NCBI GenBank assembly: GCA_902797795.1
Contig: CADBUF010000012.1
Location: 232-64,231 of the forward strand
Source of the DNA: an uncultured Erysipelotrichaceae bacterium
GTDB taxonomy: Bacteria > Bacillota_I > Bacilli_A > RFN20 > CAG-826
Reading direction: 5' to 3'
Length of the DNA: 64,000 nucleotides
Of the stretch, positions 38,055 to 49,200 are shown piece after piece (within the stretch, counting starts at the first letter, position 1; every line of letters begins with the position of its first letter). The position numbers and the translations under genes were made by a program. The notes under the pieces were generated by a model. It was given only the letters and a program-made list of their open reading frames with translations. It was not told where the DNA came from and ran no database searches.

Positions 38055-38971
38055 TATTCCTTCTTGTTTTGTTCTTCAAGTTCCTTGATTTGTTTTTCAA
38101 GTCGCTCAATATCTCTTTGTTCTCTTTTCTTGTTCATTTCGTTATAGAAGTTAACGATGAAGGAAGTGAATACCGCGACAACGGCGATGCCACTTATTCC
38201 CAAGAAAACTGATAGAATTCTTCCAAAAGTAGTAACTACATATACATCACCAAAACCAATCGTGGTGATAACCGCAAATGAATACCACAAAGAATCAACA
38301 TAACTCACAATATTTGGTTCCACTAAAGTGAAATATAAGGAACATAAAATAACAAGGATAGATAGAGTTAAGATAATCTCATTAATAAGTGACTTTTTAA
38401 TGATGTTACTAATGACATTGAATTTTAATATGTTTTGATAAGGGAAGAGCAAATTCTTACCACTAGAAACAATGATCATCGAAGAAAAACATAGAACGAT
38501 AAAATTAGAATTACTAACTGAGGTAGCGTGTTTACCATAGATTTCTGGGAAAAAGAACACAAAAGAGAAGAGGAACGCTAAAGTGATACATAAACAGTTG
38601 AATATGATTGATTGTAAAGAACGATCTTCTCTTATCTTAAGTAAACGATAAACAACGATTGTTAAAGAATATAAGAACATCGAAGTAATAAGGAAATATA
38701 TGCTATATTTAGTAAGTGAGACTAAGACAGCAAGAACAAAAATAAAGGCGGTTAAGAAAATGTTTTCAAACATGTTCTTTTTAAAATTTGAAAGGTGTAA
38801 ACCAACGCGATTAATACCTAAACATACTAAGGCAATTGATAATGTGTAAAGACCAACGTAACTATCCTCCACTGAAAAAGCAACTGTGGCTATACAAAAA
38901 CCAATCGCGATTATTCCACTAATTAAGCCAAATATGTAGTAAGGGTTTTTTCTGTTTCCAACTTTTTCCAT
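38054..38971 (-). CDS. potassium-channel-like membrane protein (paralog B)
   Basis: 305 aa. WYSFAVITTIGFGD filter, same architecture as 31797-32720. Charged coiled-coil-like C-tail (EQRDIERLEKQIKELEEQNKKE). Confidence 0.65.
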   Translation of the reverse strand: MEKVGNRKNPYYIFGLISGIIAIGFCIATVAFSVEDSYVGLYTLSIALVCLGINRVGLHLSNFKKNMFENIFLTAFIFVLAVLVSLTKYSIYFLITSMFLYSLTIVVYRLLKIREDRSLQSIIFNCLCITLAFLFSFVFFFPEIYGKHATSVSNSNFIVLCFSSMIIVSSGKNLLFPYQNILKFNVISNIIKKSLINEIILTLSILVILCSLYFTLVEPNIVSYVDSLWYSFAVITTIGFGDVYVVTTFGRILSVFLGISGIAVVAVFTSFIVNFYNEMNKKREQRDIERLEKQIKELEEQNKKE

Positions 38972-39050
38972 AATTAATCTTCTATATTATATATAAAAAC
39001 GTCAACTAATGTTATTTTCTTGTAATGTAGTCAATTAATAATTCAAATGA

Positions 39051-41162
39051 TTACATTTTAATAATAAGGATATTTTTGTTATTAGAGTAATAATAATCAA
39101 TAGCCTTACTAATGTTACGAATAATAGAGATACCTAATCCTCCAACAATCCCTTCTTCAACGTTTTCTTGAACGGTTCTATTTTTCATTTTCAAAGGATT
39201 GAATGGGTGAGAATTATCAATAAAGATTAAGGTAATATCATCTTTTTTCTTTTCTACTTGGATAGTAATCTTTTTATTTGTTTTAGCCTTGCCGTAGGAG
39301 ATGATATTATTCAAAGCATCATCGATGATAACTCCAATTTTACTAACGACATCAACTGGTGACTCACTTAAATATTCACCAACTTGATTTGTGACTTTTT
39401 CAATATCGTCATAACAAGGATTTTCAATTTCAATATTTAAGATCTCTGGTCTAATTTTTAAAGAGAGAATTGTAATATCATCAAATTGTTCTTCCTTACC
39501 TCTAAATTTAGTAATGTCATCAATCGTATTATCGATTTTTTCTTTGATTTCTTTGTCATTATTCAAATCATCAAAAATTCTTTGATAACCATATTCTTCT
39601 TTTTTCTCATTAATCGCTTCATTTAATCCATCGGTGTGTAAGAATATTTCATCATTTTTATCAAGTTGGATAGATTCTTGTTCATAAATGAAATCTTCTT
39701 CTAAACCTAAAACAAAGTTAGAGTTAACTTTTAATTGTTGAAGTTTGCCTTTGTGTTTTACAAACGGACGTTCATGACCAGCGTTTACAAATTCAAATTT
39801 ATAAGTTTTCACATTAAGTACACCTAAGAAGACAGTGACAAAATATCCTTCTTTATTATTGATGCACAAACTGTTATTAACTTTGTTAAGTACTTCAGAT
39901 AAGCTTCTTTCAATGTGACATGCGGCTTTAATTTTTTCTTTCGCTCGCATCATAAATAAGCTAGCAGGAATACCTTTACCAGAGACATCAGCGATAACGA
40001 CCGCTAAGTGGTCTTTATCAACGAAGAAATAATCATAGAAATCCCCACCTACTACTTTAGCAGGAAGAATGAGGGTTCTAACTTCAATGTTATGTTCAAA
40101 ATATGTTGTGTCTGGTAAAGAATCCAATTGAATCTTACTAGCGATTTCTACTTCCGTATTAAATTGTTGCTCTTTAGCTTTAGCCTTTTTGATATTATCA
40201 ACATATTCAATGATTTGGTGTTGCATCTCATTAAATTCATTAGATAAGTCTCTAACTTCATCATTAGATTTGATGTTACTATTAATAACTTCTAAAGGTT
40301 CATCATTTTTCATCTTCTCAACGAAAGAAGTTGTCGCTTTTGATAATTTGCGGAAATTCTTAATAAGGAAAAATTTCGTAAATAAAGCATATATAACAAC
40401 TAGAACAATCGCTGCTCCAATAGTGATTAATAATTCAGTGGTTAATTGTTGATTGAATGTTTTATTAAATTCATATAGAGGATATTGAGTAACGATATAG
40501 CAACGGTATTTACTATCATCAACCCCCTCGGTGTAATATTTTAAGTAGGCATAAGAAGCATAATCATCCGCATATTTAGTGCTTGCTTGATTAGATGAAA
40601 GGAAAGATAATTCCGTATTATTAGTGACCCGATACGCTAATCCAACCACCCCGTAATTACCAGTAAGAGGGATACTACCTTCGACTAAATCGATGATCTT
40701 TCCTCTAAGAGCGTCATAAACAAACATTCGACTATTAACTGAAGTATAACGTTCGCTCACAGATTGAATGCTCGTAATAATTGAACCATAAAAGTTATTT
40801 CTAGCAGCCTGAATAAAAGATAAGCCCATTCCGCTGGTGCTACCAAATAAAGAAATTCGAGTATCTCCTTGATATTTAGCTAATTCAGTAGGGTCTAATT
40901 GCTCATAAGTATCCGCGACTGTTTCATATCTACTAATGAGCTCTTCAATAATCGATTGAAAGCCGTTATTTGGATCTGGAATAACTCTTACAACATCGTT
41001 AATAGAATTAGTGACTTGCTCACAAGTATTTGTGTAATTGTTTTTAGTGTTTTTATGGGAAATTAATAAGTTTACAGTTAGACTTGTGGTCACAATTAAA
41101 ATCGTCAACCCACCGGTTAACAAAATAATCTTACCAAGTAAACCAAGTCTAATTTTTTTCAT
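39051..41162 (-). CDS. membrane sensor with extracytoplasmic domain, HAMP linker, PP2C/SpoIIE-type Ser phosphatase domain and C-terminal RsbW-like HATPase_c_2 Ser-kinase domain
   Basis: 703 aa. TM1 (aa about 10-33), about 210-aa extracellular region, TM2 (LLITIGAAIVLVVIYALFTKFFLI), HAMP-like helices. PP2C motifs VGGDFYDYFF...ADVSGKGIPASLFM...HTDGLNEA. RsbW-like N/G boxes (IIDDALNNIISYG, IFIDNSHPFNP, GGLGISII). Confidence 0.75.
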   Translation of the reverse strand: MKKIRLGLLGKIILLTGGLTILIVTTSLTVNLLISHKNTKNNYTNTCEQVTNSINDVVRVIPDPNNGFQSIIEELISRYETVADTYEQLDPTELAKYQGDTRISLFGSTSGMGLSFIQAARNNFYGSIITSIQSVSERYTSVNSRMFVYDALRGKIIDLVEGSIPLTGNYGVVGLAYRVTNNTELSFLSSNQASTKYADDYASYAYLKYYTEGVDDSKYRCYIVTQYPLYEFNKTFNQQLTTELLITIGAAIVLVVIYALFTKFFLIKNFRKLSKATTSFVEKMKNDEPLEVINSNIKSNDEVRDLSNEFNEMQHQIIEYVDNIKKAKAKEQQFNTEVEIASKIQLDSLPDTTYFEHNIEVRTLILPAKVVGGDFYDYFFVDKDHLAVVIADVSGKGIPASLFMMRAKEKIKAACHIERSLSEVLNKVNNSLCINNKEGYFVTVFLGVLNVKTYKFEFVNAGHERPFVKHKGKLQQLKVNSNFVLGLEEDFIYEQESIQLDKNDEIFLHTDGLNEAINEKKEEYGYQRIFDDLNNDKEIKEKIDNTIDDITKFRGKEEQFDDITILSLKIRPEILNIEIENPCYDDIEKVTNQVGEYLSESPVDVVSKIGVIIDDALNNIISYGKAKTNKKITIQVEKKKDDITLIFIDNSHPFNPLKMKNRTVQENVEEGIVGGLGISIIRNISKAIDYYYSNNKNILIIKM

Positions 41163-41165
41163 TAT

Positions 41166-41465
41166 CTATTCCACTGTTAAGAATTTATCAAAACCAGTGA
41201 CGGAGAAAATTTCTTTAATGACGTCGTTACAGTTTTTAATCACTAATTTCTTATTAGTGGCTTGTGCGTCTTTTTTAAAGGCGATTAATAGTCTTAATCC
41301 AGCAGAAGAGATGTATTCGAGTTTTGCAAAATCCAAAACAACATCTAAATCATTTCTTTCTTCATGAGGAACTTTTTCAGTTAATTCTTGGGAAGTAACG
41401 GTGTCTAATCTTCCTTCTAAGGCGATTGTGATAACACCTTTTTCTTTAGTTGTTTTAATAGTCAT
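41166..41465 (-). CDS. STAS-domain anti-sigma-factor antagonist (SpoIIAA/RsbV-like)
   Basis: 99 aa. ITIALEGRLDTVTSQEL...LDFAKLEYISSAGLRLL with conserved phosphorylatable Ser in the YISSAGL motif. Confidence 0.8.
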   Translation of the reverse strand: MTIKTTKEKGVITIALEGRLDTVTSQELTEKVPHEERNDLDVVLDFAKLEYISSAGLRLLIAFKKDAQATNKKLVIKNCNDVIKEIFSVTGFDKFLTVE

Positions 41466-41467
41466 AA

Positions 41468-43234
41468 TTACGCTCCTTGTAAATTAATTTCTAAATATGT
41501 ATTGTTGGTATTTAACACTCTTGTGTAAGACATGTTAGATATCACTTTTCTCACTAATAATATACCACTAGTGGAGAATTCATGTTCATCTTCTTTATAT
41601 TGGGTTGGATCGAAGATGATTCCATCATCTCTAATAGAGAGTAACATTTTATCATTACTTATTCTTAAGGTGACGTCGATATAATAACGATGATTTTTAA
41701 AGCGATAACCATATTGGATGATATTAGCCACCATTTCTTCAGCGCCAATAGAAATCATCGTCGCATCTCTTTTATTCGCCCCATGTTTTAAGGCATATTC
41801 TTTTACTTCCATTGATAATTCTTCAACTTCATTGATGTCGTTAGTAATCGTGACATCATATTTATCTTGAATTTCAATATTAGGAATCATTAATAATCCT
41901 TCGGAAGTAGTTTTCTTCTTCTTGTTATAAATATAAATAAAGATATAAGTGATAAAGACAGTTCCTAATTCTGTTGCCGCTTGAGACACACAATATCCCT
42001 TTAAACCATAAGAGAATAATAGGCCTAAAGTTAAAGGAATAACTAAAATTAATTCTCGACATAATACAGTGACATAGGCAGGAACATTTTTAGTAATAGT
42101 CGGGTAATACATTTGATTGTATTTAGAAATCTCATAAGGAATAAAAGCAGCGAGATAAATCCAAATACATGTAAAGGTAAGACCGCTATTAGAGGTATAT
42201 TCACTAAATCCAAAGACTGTGCAATAAACTCCAGGGAAGATGGCAATAAGAGCGGTTAAAAAGACAGTTACCGCTAAATTAATAATGAAGATTTTTTTCG
42301 CTATTTTTCTTAAGGCGTAATAATCTCTTTCCCCATAAAGCACCCCACAAATATTTGGAATGGTTTGGATAATTCCACCTGCAAATAAATCAAAGACAAA
42401 GACCATGTTGGCAAGAATTCCAAAGATCATAATCTCAAAATTATCTTCAATTACTTTTGAAACATAGATCGAACAAATCGACATCTGTATCGCCGTTAAA
42501 AACATATTAAGGGCAAGCGAACTACTAGCCTTCAATGAATCAATCAAGCACTCCTTAGATGAGTCAAATTTAAAGGTCAATGAAAGCATACGTTTTTTGC
42601 TCTTAATATAGAAAAATACGAGCAAAATGCCGACAAAATATCCAAAACCGGTAGATAAAGCCGCTCCATACATCCCCATATCGCACCACTTAATAAAGGC
42701 GTATTCGGAACCAATTTTAAAGATATTAGCGACGATATACATCGCTGAAGCAAGACGTGGATTATTGTCTGCGCCAATGAAAGATCCTAAAAGTAAAGCA
42801 AGGGTGATAATTGGATCAGTGAGCATGAAGATAAGAATATATTGTCTAGCGTATTCAACGATATCGTTTGGGCAGAATAATTTCGCTAATGGTTCAGCAG
42901 TTAAATAGGCTAGTCCAGCAAATAAAAGAGAAAAAGCCATACCAATAATTAAACATAACGAGAATGTTGTTTTGGATTTAGAGACATTCCGTTTGCCTAA
43001 ATAATTAGCCACTACAATAGCACCACCCGTACCGATAGCAAATCCAGGCAATTGAATGATATATAAAATCGGTAAAACAAGAGAGGAAGCACTTAAAGCG
43101 TCATTACCAATGAAGTTACCAACAAAGATACCATCCACAAGCGAGCCAAATTGCATCGCAAAAATCATGAACATTGAAGGAAGAAGATATTGGATAAGTT
43201 TTTTATCCATCAATTTAGAATTACGAGCAAGCAT
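41468..43234 (-). CDS. MATE-family transporter fused to C-terminal RsbW/SpoIIAB-like HATPase_c_2 (anti-sigma-factor-type Ser kinase) domain
   Basis: 588 aa. N-terminal about 440 aa 12-TM MATE hallmark (LLPSMFMIFAMQFGSLVDGIFVGNFIGNDALSASSLVLPI...GTGGAIVVANYLGKRN). C-terminal about 140 aa with kinase N-box EMVANIIQYG, G1 IRDDGIIFDP, G2 STSGILLV. Confidence 0.65.
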   Translation of the reverse strand: MLARNSKLMDKKLIQYLLPSMFMIFAMQFGSLVDGIFVGNFIGNDALSASSLVLPILYIIQLPGFAIGTGGAIVVANYLGKRNVSKSKTTFSLCLIIGMAFSLLFAGLAYLTAEPLAKLFCPNDIVEYARQYILIFMLTDPIITLALLLGSFIGADNNPRLASAMYIVANIFKIGSEYAFIKWCDMGMYGAALSTGFGYFVGILLVFFYIKSKKRMLSLTFKFDSSKECLIDSLKASSSLALNMFLTAIQMSICSIYVSKVIEDNFEIMIFGILANMVFVFDLFAGGIIQTIPNICGVLYGERDYYALRKIAKKIFIINLAVTVFLTALIAIFPGVYCTVFGFSEYTSNSGLTFTCIWIYLAAFIPYEISKYNQMYYPTITKNVPAYVTVLCRELILVIPLTLGLLFSYGLKGYCVSQAATELGTVFITYIFIYIYNKKKKTTSEGLLMIPNIEIQDKYDVTITNDINEVEELSMEVKEYALKHGANKRDATMISIGAEEMVANIIQYGYRFKNHRYYIDVTLRISNDKMLLSIRDDGIIFDPTQYKEDEHEFSTSGILLVRKVISNMSYTRVLNTNNTYLEINLQGA

Positions 43235-43236
43235 AA

Positions 43237-46200
43237 TTAATCGTCCCTTTCAAAGTAATCTAAGGAAATCAAAGACTTAATAGCCTTAGTTAAATATTCT
43301 TGGTCAGTAATTGGCCATTTATAGCCTAAGCGGTAAAGCGCTTTAATCGAAAATGAATTATCGGTAAGGATATAAGAGTGAGAATGATTATCACTACTTG
43401 TATAAGTAATTAAAGCAGACACTTTCTTGCTCTTAACGTCATCATTTGTAGCTTTAATAACCTCATCCATAAATTCTTTATCCCCAACTTTTTCAATCTT
43501 TAAGCCACAGTCATTCATTGCTTCAATCACATCACCCATTTCTACAGGATGAGAATTTGCACTATGGAAGACGGTGAATTCTTTTGGAGCGGTCGCTAAA
43601 ACGAGAATGCTCTTAGCGACTTCATCAATTGGAGAGAAGTCGGTCGTTTCATCCAAAGAAGAGATTGGGAATTTTCCTAAAGCGTAATAACCTCGTAGAG
43701 ATCGCATAAATCCGTTAGTAATAGAGTTAATTTGGAATTCTCCATCGCTTTGACGTGACATCAAATTACCGACACGAACAATCTTTCCATCTAATCCATC
43801 TTTATTAATTGCCTCTAACATCGCTGCTTCCGCCATAAACTTAGAATGGATATATTTGTTAGAAATATCTTGTCCGATGTCTAATTGGTTTTCTTTCATA
43901 CGGAAGTTTTCAGCGAACTTATGGTCAATATTTTCGCCCGCAACTGATAAAGTGGAGATTTGAATCATTCTCGCATTATGCTTTAAAGCGATTCCAATGA
44001 GGTTTTTCACCCCTCCAACATTAATTTTTTCAATGATATCATCATTTGAGAAATGTTTAACAATCGCTGCTGAATTAATAAGTGTGTCAAATTTGATATC
44101 TTTGAGTTTATCGGTTAAGTTCTCGTCTGCAATATCTCCATCAACGATATGAATAAAGCTATCAAGTTCTTCAGTAAATGGAGAATCGAAATAATATTCA
44201 AGTAATAGAGAAAGTCTACTATGTAAGGAGATTTGTTTACTTCTTACTAACACATATGTTTCTATGTGCTGATCAATTAATTCTTTAAGAATATGAATTC
44301 CTAAAAAGCCAGTCGCACCAGTTAAAAGGACAACACCTAAATCTCTTTCTTTATGAATATCATCAACATATTCAATCGTGTTTTTATTAAGCGCTGCATA
44401 TTTATTATCCTTAGATTCTTCTACTGCTTTTTCTTCTTCCACCACCTCTTCATCTTTATTAATTAATGAAGCAAGTTCAAGGGCAGTAGAATGTTCAAAA
44501 ACATCTTTATAGGCAATTGGTAAGCCCTCTTTAAGAGCGAGCATTGCAACTTTTGAAGCGCTTAAAGAAGTACCACCTAATTCAAAGAAATCTTCATCGA
44601 TTCCGATATCTTGTTTTCCAAGGGCTTTAGCAAAGATTTCACAAATCGTTTTTTCAGTTTTGTTTCTAGGTGCTTTCTTTTCTTTATTAGAGGAAGTAGA
44701 AACAATTTCTGGTAATGATTTCTTATCAATCTTGCCATTAGGAGTAAGAGGGATACGATCAAGTTGCATCATTGCTTTAGGAATCATATATGGGGTAAGT
44801 GATTTTGCCATATATGAAGTTAAAGTTTCTTTATCTAAAGGTTTTGACGCGGTGTAATAAAGCGCTAAATAGTCGCCATCAACATCATTATTTTTCACTA
44901 AAATGACGCATCTAGTGACGTCTGGATGAGAATTACAAACGTTTTCAATCTCATCTAATTCAATTCTTAATCCATGTAATTTTATTTGGTTATCAAGACG
45001 TCCAAAGAATTCGGTGTTACCTTCATTATTCATTCTAGCAAGGTCACCACTTCGATAGGCTCTTTTACCGTTTAAATCAATAAATGAGGCTTTGGTTTTT
45101 TCTTCAAGTTTATAATAGCCAATACCAACACTATCACCGGCAATAGTTAAATCACCAATCGCATTAATTGGTAAAATATGACCAGCCTTATCCAAGATGT
45201 AATAGCTAGTGTTAGCAACAGGTTTACCAATAGTGACATATTTATCAGTAATAAAGGTCATTGATGAAGTAATCGTTGTTTCTGTTGGACCATAACCATT
45301 ATCAATCAGGCAATCAATGCCATGTTTTCTTATACGATCCACTAATTCATAAGGAACAGCCTCTGCTCCCATATCAAGCACTTTGAAGTTCTTTAATGCT
45401 TCAACAAATTCTAGAGTATCTAAAACGTTAGAAACGTATGAAGGAGTTAAGAACATAATGTTAACTCCATATTTCTTTAATGTTTGTGATAATAAAAGTG
45501 GGTTTTCAATCTCTTCTTCACTAGCGATCACTGCTTGATAACCATGAGAGAGAATGACACATTCTTCTTGTAAAGAAGCATCAAAAGCAAAAGAAGCAAA
45601 CGAGCAGCTAGACACTTTGTCTTTAATAATGCGATATTCGTTAGTGGCTAAATTAGCGCCATCTAAGACATAATTTGATAAATTCTTATGACTAATCATC
45701 ACCCCTTTAGGTTTACCAGTGCTACCAGAGGTATAGATGATGTAACATAGTGAATCTAGTGGGATACCAATATTTAAATTGCTTGTCTTATTAGATTTCA
45801 AAATGTCTTCAATTAAAAGAACTTTAATCTTTGTCTTTTTAATGAGGTCATGTTTTTCTTTTTCAATATCTTTAGTGGTTATTAAAATCTTCGCGTCACT
45901 ATCGGTGATGATATATTCAATACGATCATCAGGATATTTAGGATCAATAGCGACAAAGGCTCCACCCGATTTAAGAATACCTTCTCTAACGAAATAAGCA
46001 CTTACTCTTCTAGGCATGAGCATGATTACTCTTTCACCAAGAGCGACTTTATCTTCAGACAAAGCATGAGCGACTTTATTCGCGTTTTCGTTAAATTGTT
46101 TATATGTATATTCTCCATCAACACCCGCTAAAGCGAGTCTATTTGGATATTTCTCCACTATTTCTTCTACGATCTTAGGGTAGGCTTTATTTGAAGGTTT

Positions 46201-49200
46201 AACATATGTTTGGTTAAATTCTTCATATAACTTTTTATCAACTTCTGGTAAGCAGTTAATTTCACTGATGTGTTTTTTAGATGTCACTTCCAGTAACGCC
46301 AATTCAAATAATCTAGCAAATGATTCAATCGTATTCTTGTTATACATTGATTCATCATATTCAAAATGAAGTTTGAATTTATTATCTTCGATGAAAACAT
46401 CTAAAGAGAATAGTGATTTCGCATCATCTGAATCCAATATCACACTTTCAGCTTTCTTATTACCGATTTCATTAAATTCAAATAAGTCTCCTTGATAAGC
46501 AAACATCACATCACTAGTGATATTAAAGGCTGAGGCTATTTCTTGGAAAGAATAGATGTCGTTTATTTGTGAAGACTCTAATTGTTTCTTCATCTCTTCT
46601 AGTAGAGATAACACTTCATCATTTTCTTGATATTTAACATAAACTGGTAAAGTTTTTACCATCATCGAAACAGTGTTCATGTTCTTAGATGAATTTCTCC
46701 CATTATAGATAGTGACAAACAAAGCATCCTGCTTATAAATAAATTTAGAGAAGGTAAAACCAAATACGAAGTTAGTGATCGCATTTAGGGTTAAATTGTT
46801 CTTACTAGCGAATTCTTTAATCGCTTTGACATCAATATTAGAATAGATATCTTCAACATGTAATTTAGCGACTTCTTCAGTCTTTAAATCTTTCTTCATG
46901 AGATATCCATCTTCGACATCTTTCAATAAAGTAGCGTAATATTCTTTCGCATTTTCATAGGCTTTTGAATTACGTTTATCGTTCTCTTCTAAAGCAAGTT
47001 CATAGCCAGTGAAGGTTTCTTTTTCAAGCTTTTCACCAGAATAAGCTTTATTAATATCATTTAAAAGGATATTTTCACTAGTGCCATCACAGATAAGATG
47101 ATGAACATCTAAGAAGAGGTAATTATTATCTTTACATTCATAGATTTCAACACGATATAAAGGACCACCAACGATTTCAAAAGGTCTAACCAAAGATTTT
47201 TGATCGAGCTTATTAGCTTTAATAATTTCAACTTTTGGTTCAGCTTCTTTTCTTATAGCCTTGATGTTCCCATCATCGTCCATCTTCAAAGTTGTTAAAA
47301 GATATTCATGAGCCTTTAAGGCCTTAATCACACTTTCATTAAGTTTATTGATATCGATAGACTTATCAATTTTAAATAATAAAGGAATGTTATAATTTGT
47401 ACTTCCAACTTTAGCGATTGATTCAATAAAGATACCTTCTTGAGTCTTGGTTAATGGGTATTCACTTAATAAATCATAAGTCTTGTTTTCATCTTGTTCT
47501 TCCATCAAAGAAGCGAGTTCTTTAATGTTAGGGTGCTCGTTTAAATCTTGAGAAGAGATCTCTTTATTAAATGCTTTAGATAATCTCACAGTTAAAGTGA
47601 TAGAAGAAATAGAGGTAATACCAGCCTCATATATATCAGTAGTCACTCCAAAAGAATCATGACCTAAAATCTCTTTTATAATATCAAAGATCTTTTGTTC
47701 ATTTTCAGTGCTAGGTTTAACGACATCCTCCACTTTCAATTCAGGAACTGGTAAAGCTTTTTTATTCACTTTTTGGTTTTGATTAAGTGGAATTGCATCT
47801 ATTTGCATAATATATGGGGGGACCATATAAGGTGGCTTTTTACTTTTAATGAAAGCTTTTAAGTCATCAACGTCAATCTTTTTATCACTGACGATATAAC
47901 CCACGATATATTTAACTCCAGCGGGGTCCGCAAAATCTTTAACAGTCGCGTCTTTAATGTCTGGATATTGTCTAATAACTTGTTCGACTTCACTTAATTC
48001 CACACGGAAGCCACGTATTTTCACTTGGAAGTCTTTTCTTCCAATAAAATCGATATCTCCATTTGGAAGGAATCTTACGATATCACCAGTCTTATAAAGT
48101 TTTTTAAATCGAGGATCATCATCGAAAGGATTAATCAAGAAGGCCTTTTTATTTTCTTCGTCTCTATTTAGATATCCACGAGACACTTGAGGACCAGAAA
48201 TATATAACTCACCTTTAGCAAGATATGGTAATCTCTTTTTATTTTCGTCTAATACATAGAATTTATAATCGCTTAAAGCGTGACCAATTGGGATACGATG
48301 ATAAAGTTTATCAACATGATATCCGGAACAATATATTGTTCCTTCTGTTGGTCCATATAAATTGAATAGCTTATAGTTTTTAGGTGGGTCAAGAGGGACT
48401 AACTTTTCTCCTCCTACAGAAATAGTTCTAATCGTTTCAAATGTTAATTCACTCACTAATTGTCGACCTACTTGAGTAGTAAAGAAGGCATCAGTAATTT
48501 TATTTTCATTTAAATATTTATTTAGTCCAATGAGATCTAATCGCATCTCTTCAGGAATGATATAAATAGTTCCCCCGACCACGATAGTTGGATATAAATC
48601 AAGCATATCAGCGTCAAATCCATATGAAGCATAGGCACTCACTCTCGCGTCATGTTGGAGATTTCTAAAATTAATATCAACATTACAAACTGACATGATG
48701 TTTTGGTGTTCTAACATTACTCCTTTAGGAACACCAGTGGAGCCAGAAGTATATAACATGATAAAAAGGTTTTCAGGTCTAGGTCTATTTGTAGGTCGAG
48801 ATTCATCTTTCAATTTATCAAATTCATCAAGATAAATAACTGGGCCTTTATATTCATCGAGTAAATCAATATATTGTCTTTCGGCGATAACAACTTTACT
48901 AGATGCATCCTTAACCATGAAGTTAAGTCTTTCTTTAGGATAAGAAACATCTAATGGTTGATAGGCTGCACAAGATTTAATAACTCCTAAAGAGGCAATA
49001 ACAATATATTCACTTTTCGAAATAAGGATTGAAACTTTGTCTTCCTCTTTAACACCAAGTCTAATCAATTCATTAGCGATTCTATTTGAATAGAGGTCAA
49101 CTTCCTTATAGGTGTAACTCTTATCTTTATAGACCACTAAGGTTTTATTGGGCTCCTTATTAAGCCAATAATCAAATTTATCAAGAATTGTTTTTCCCTG

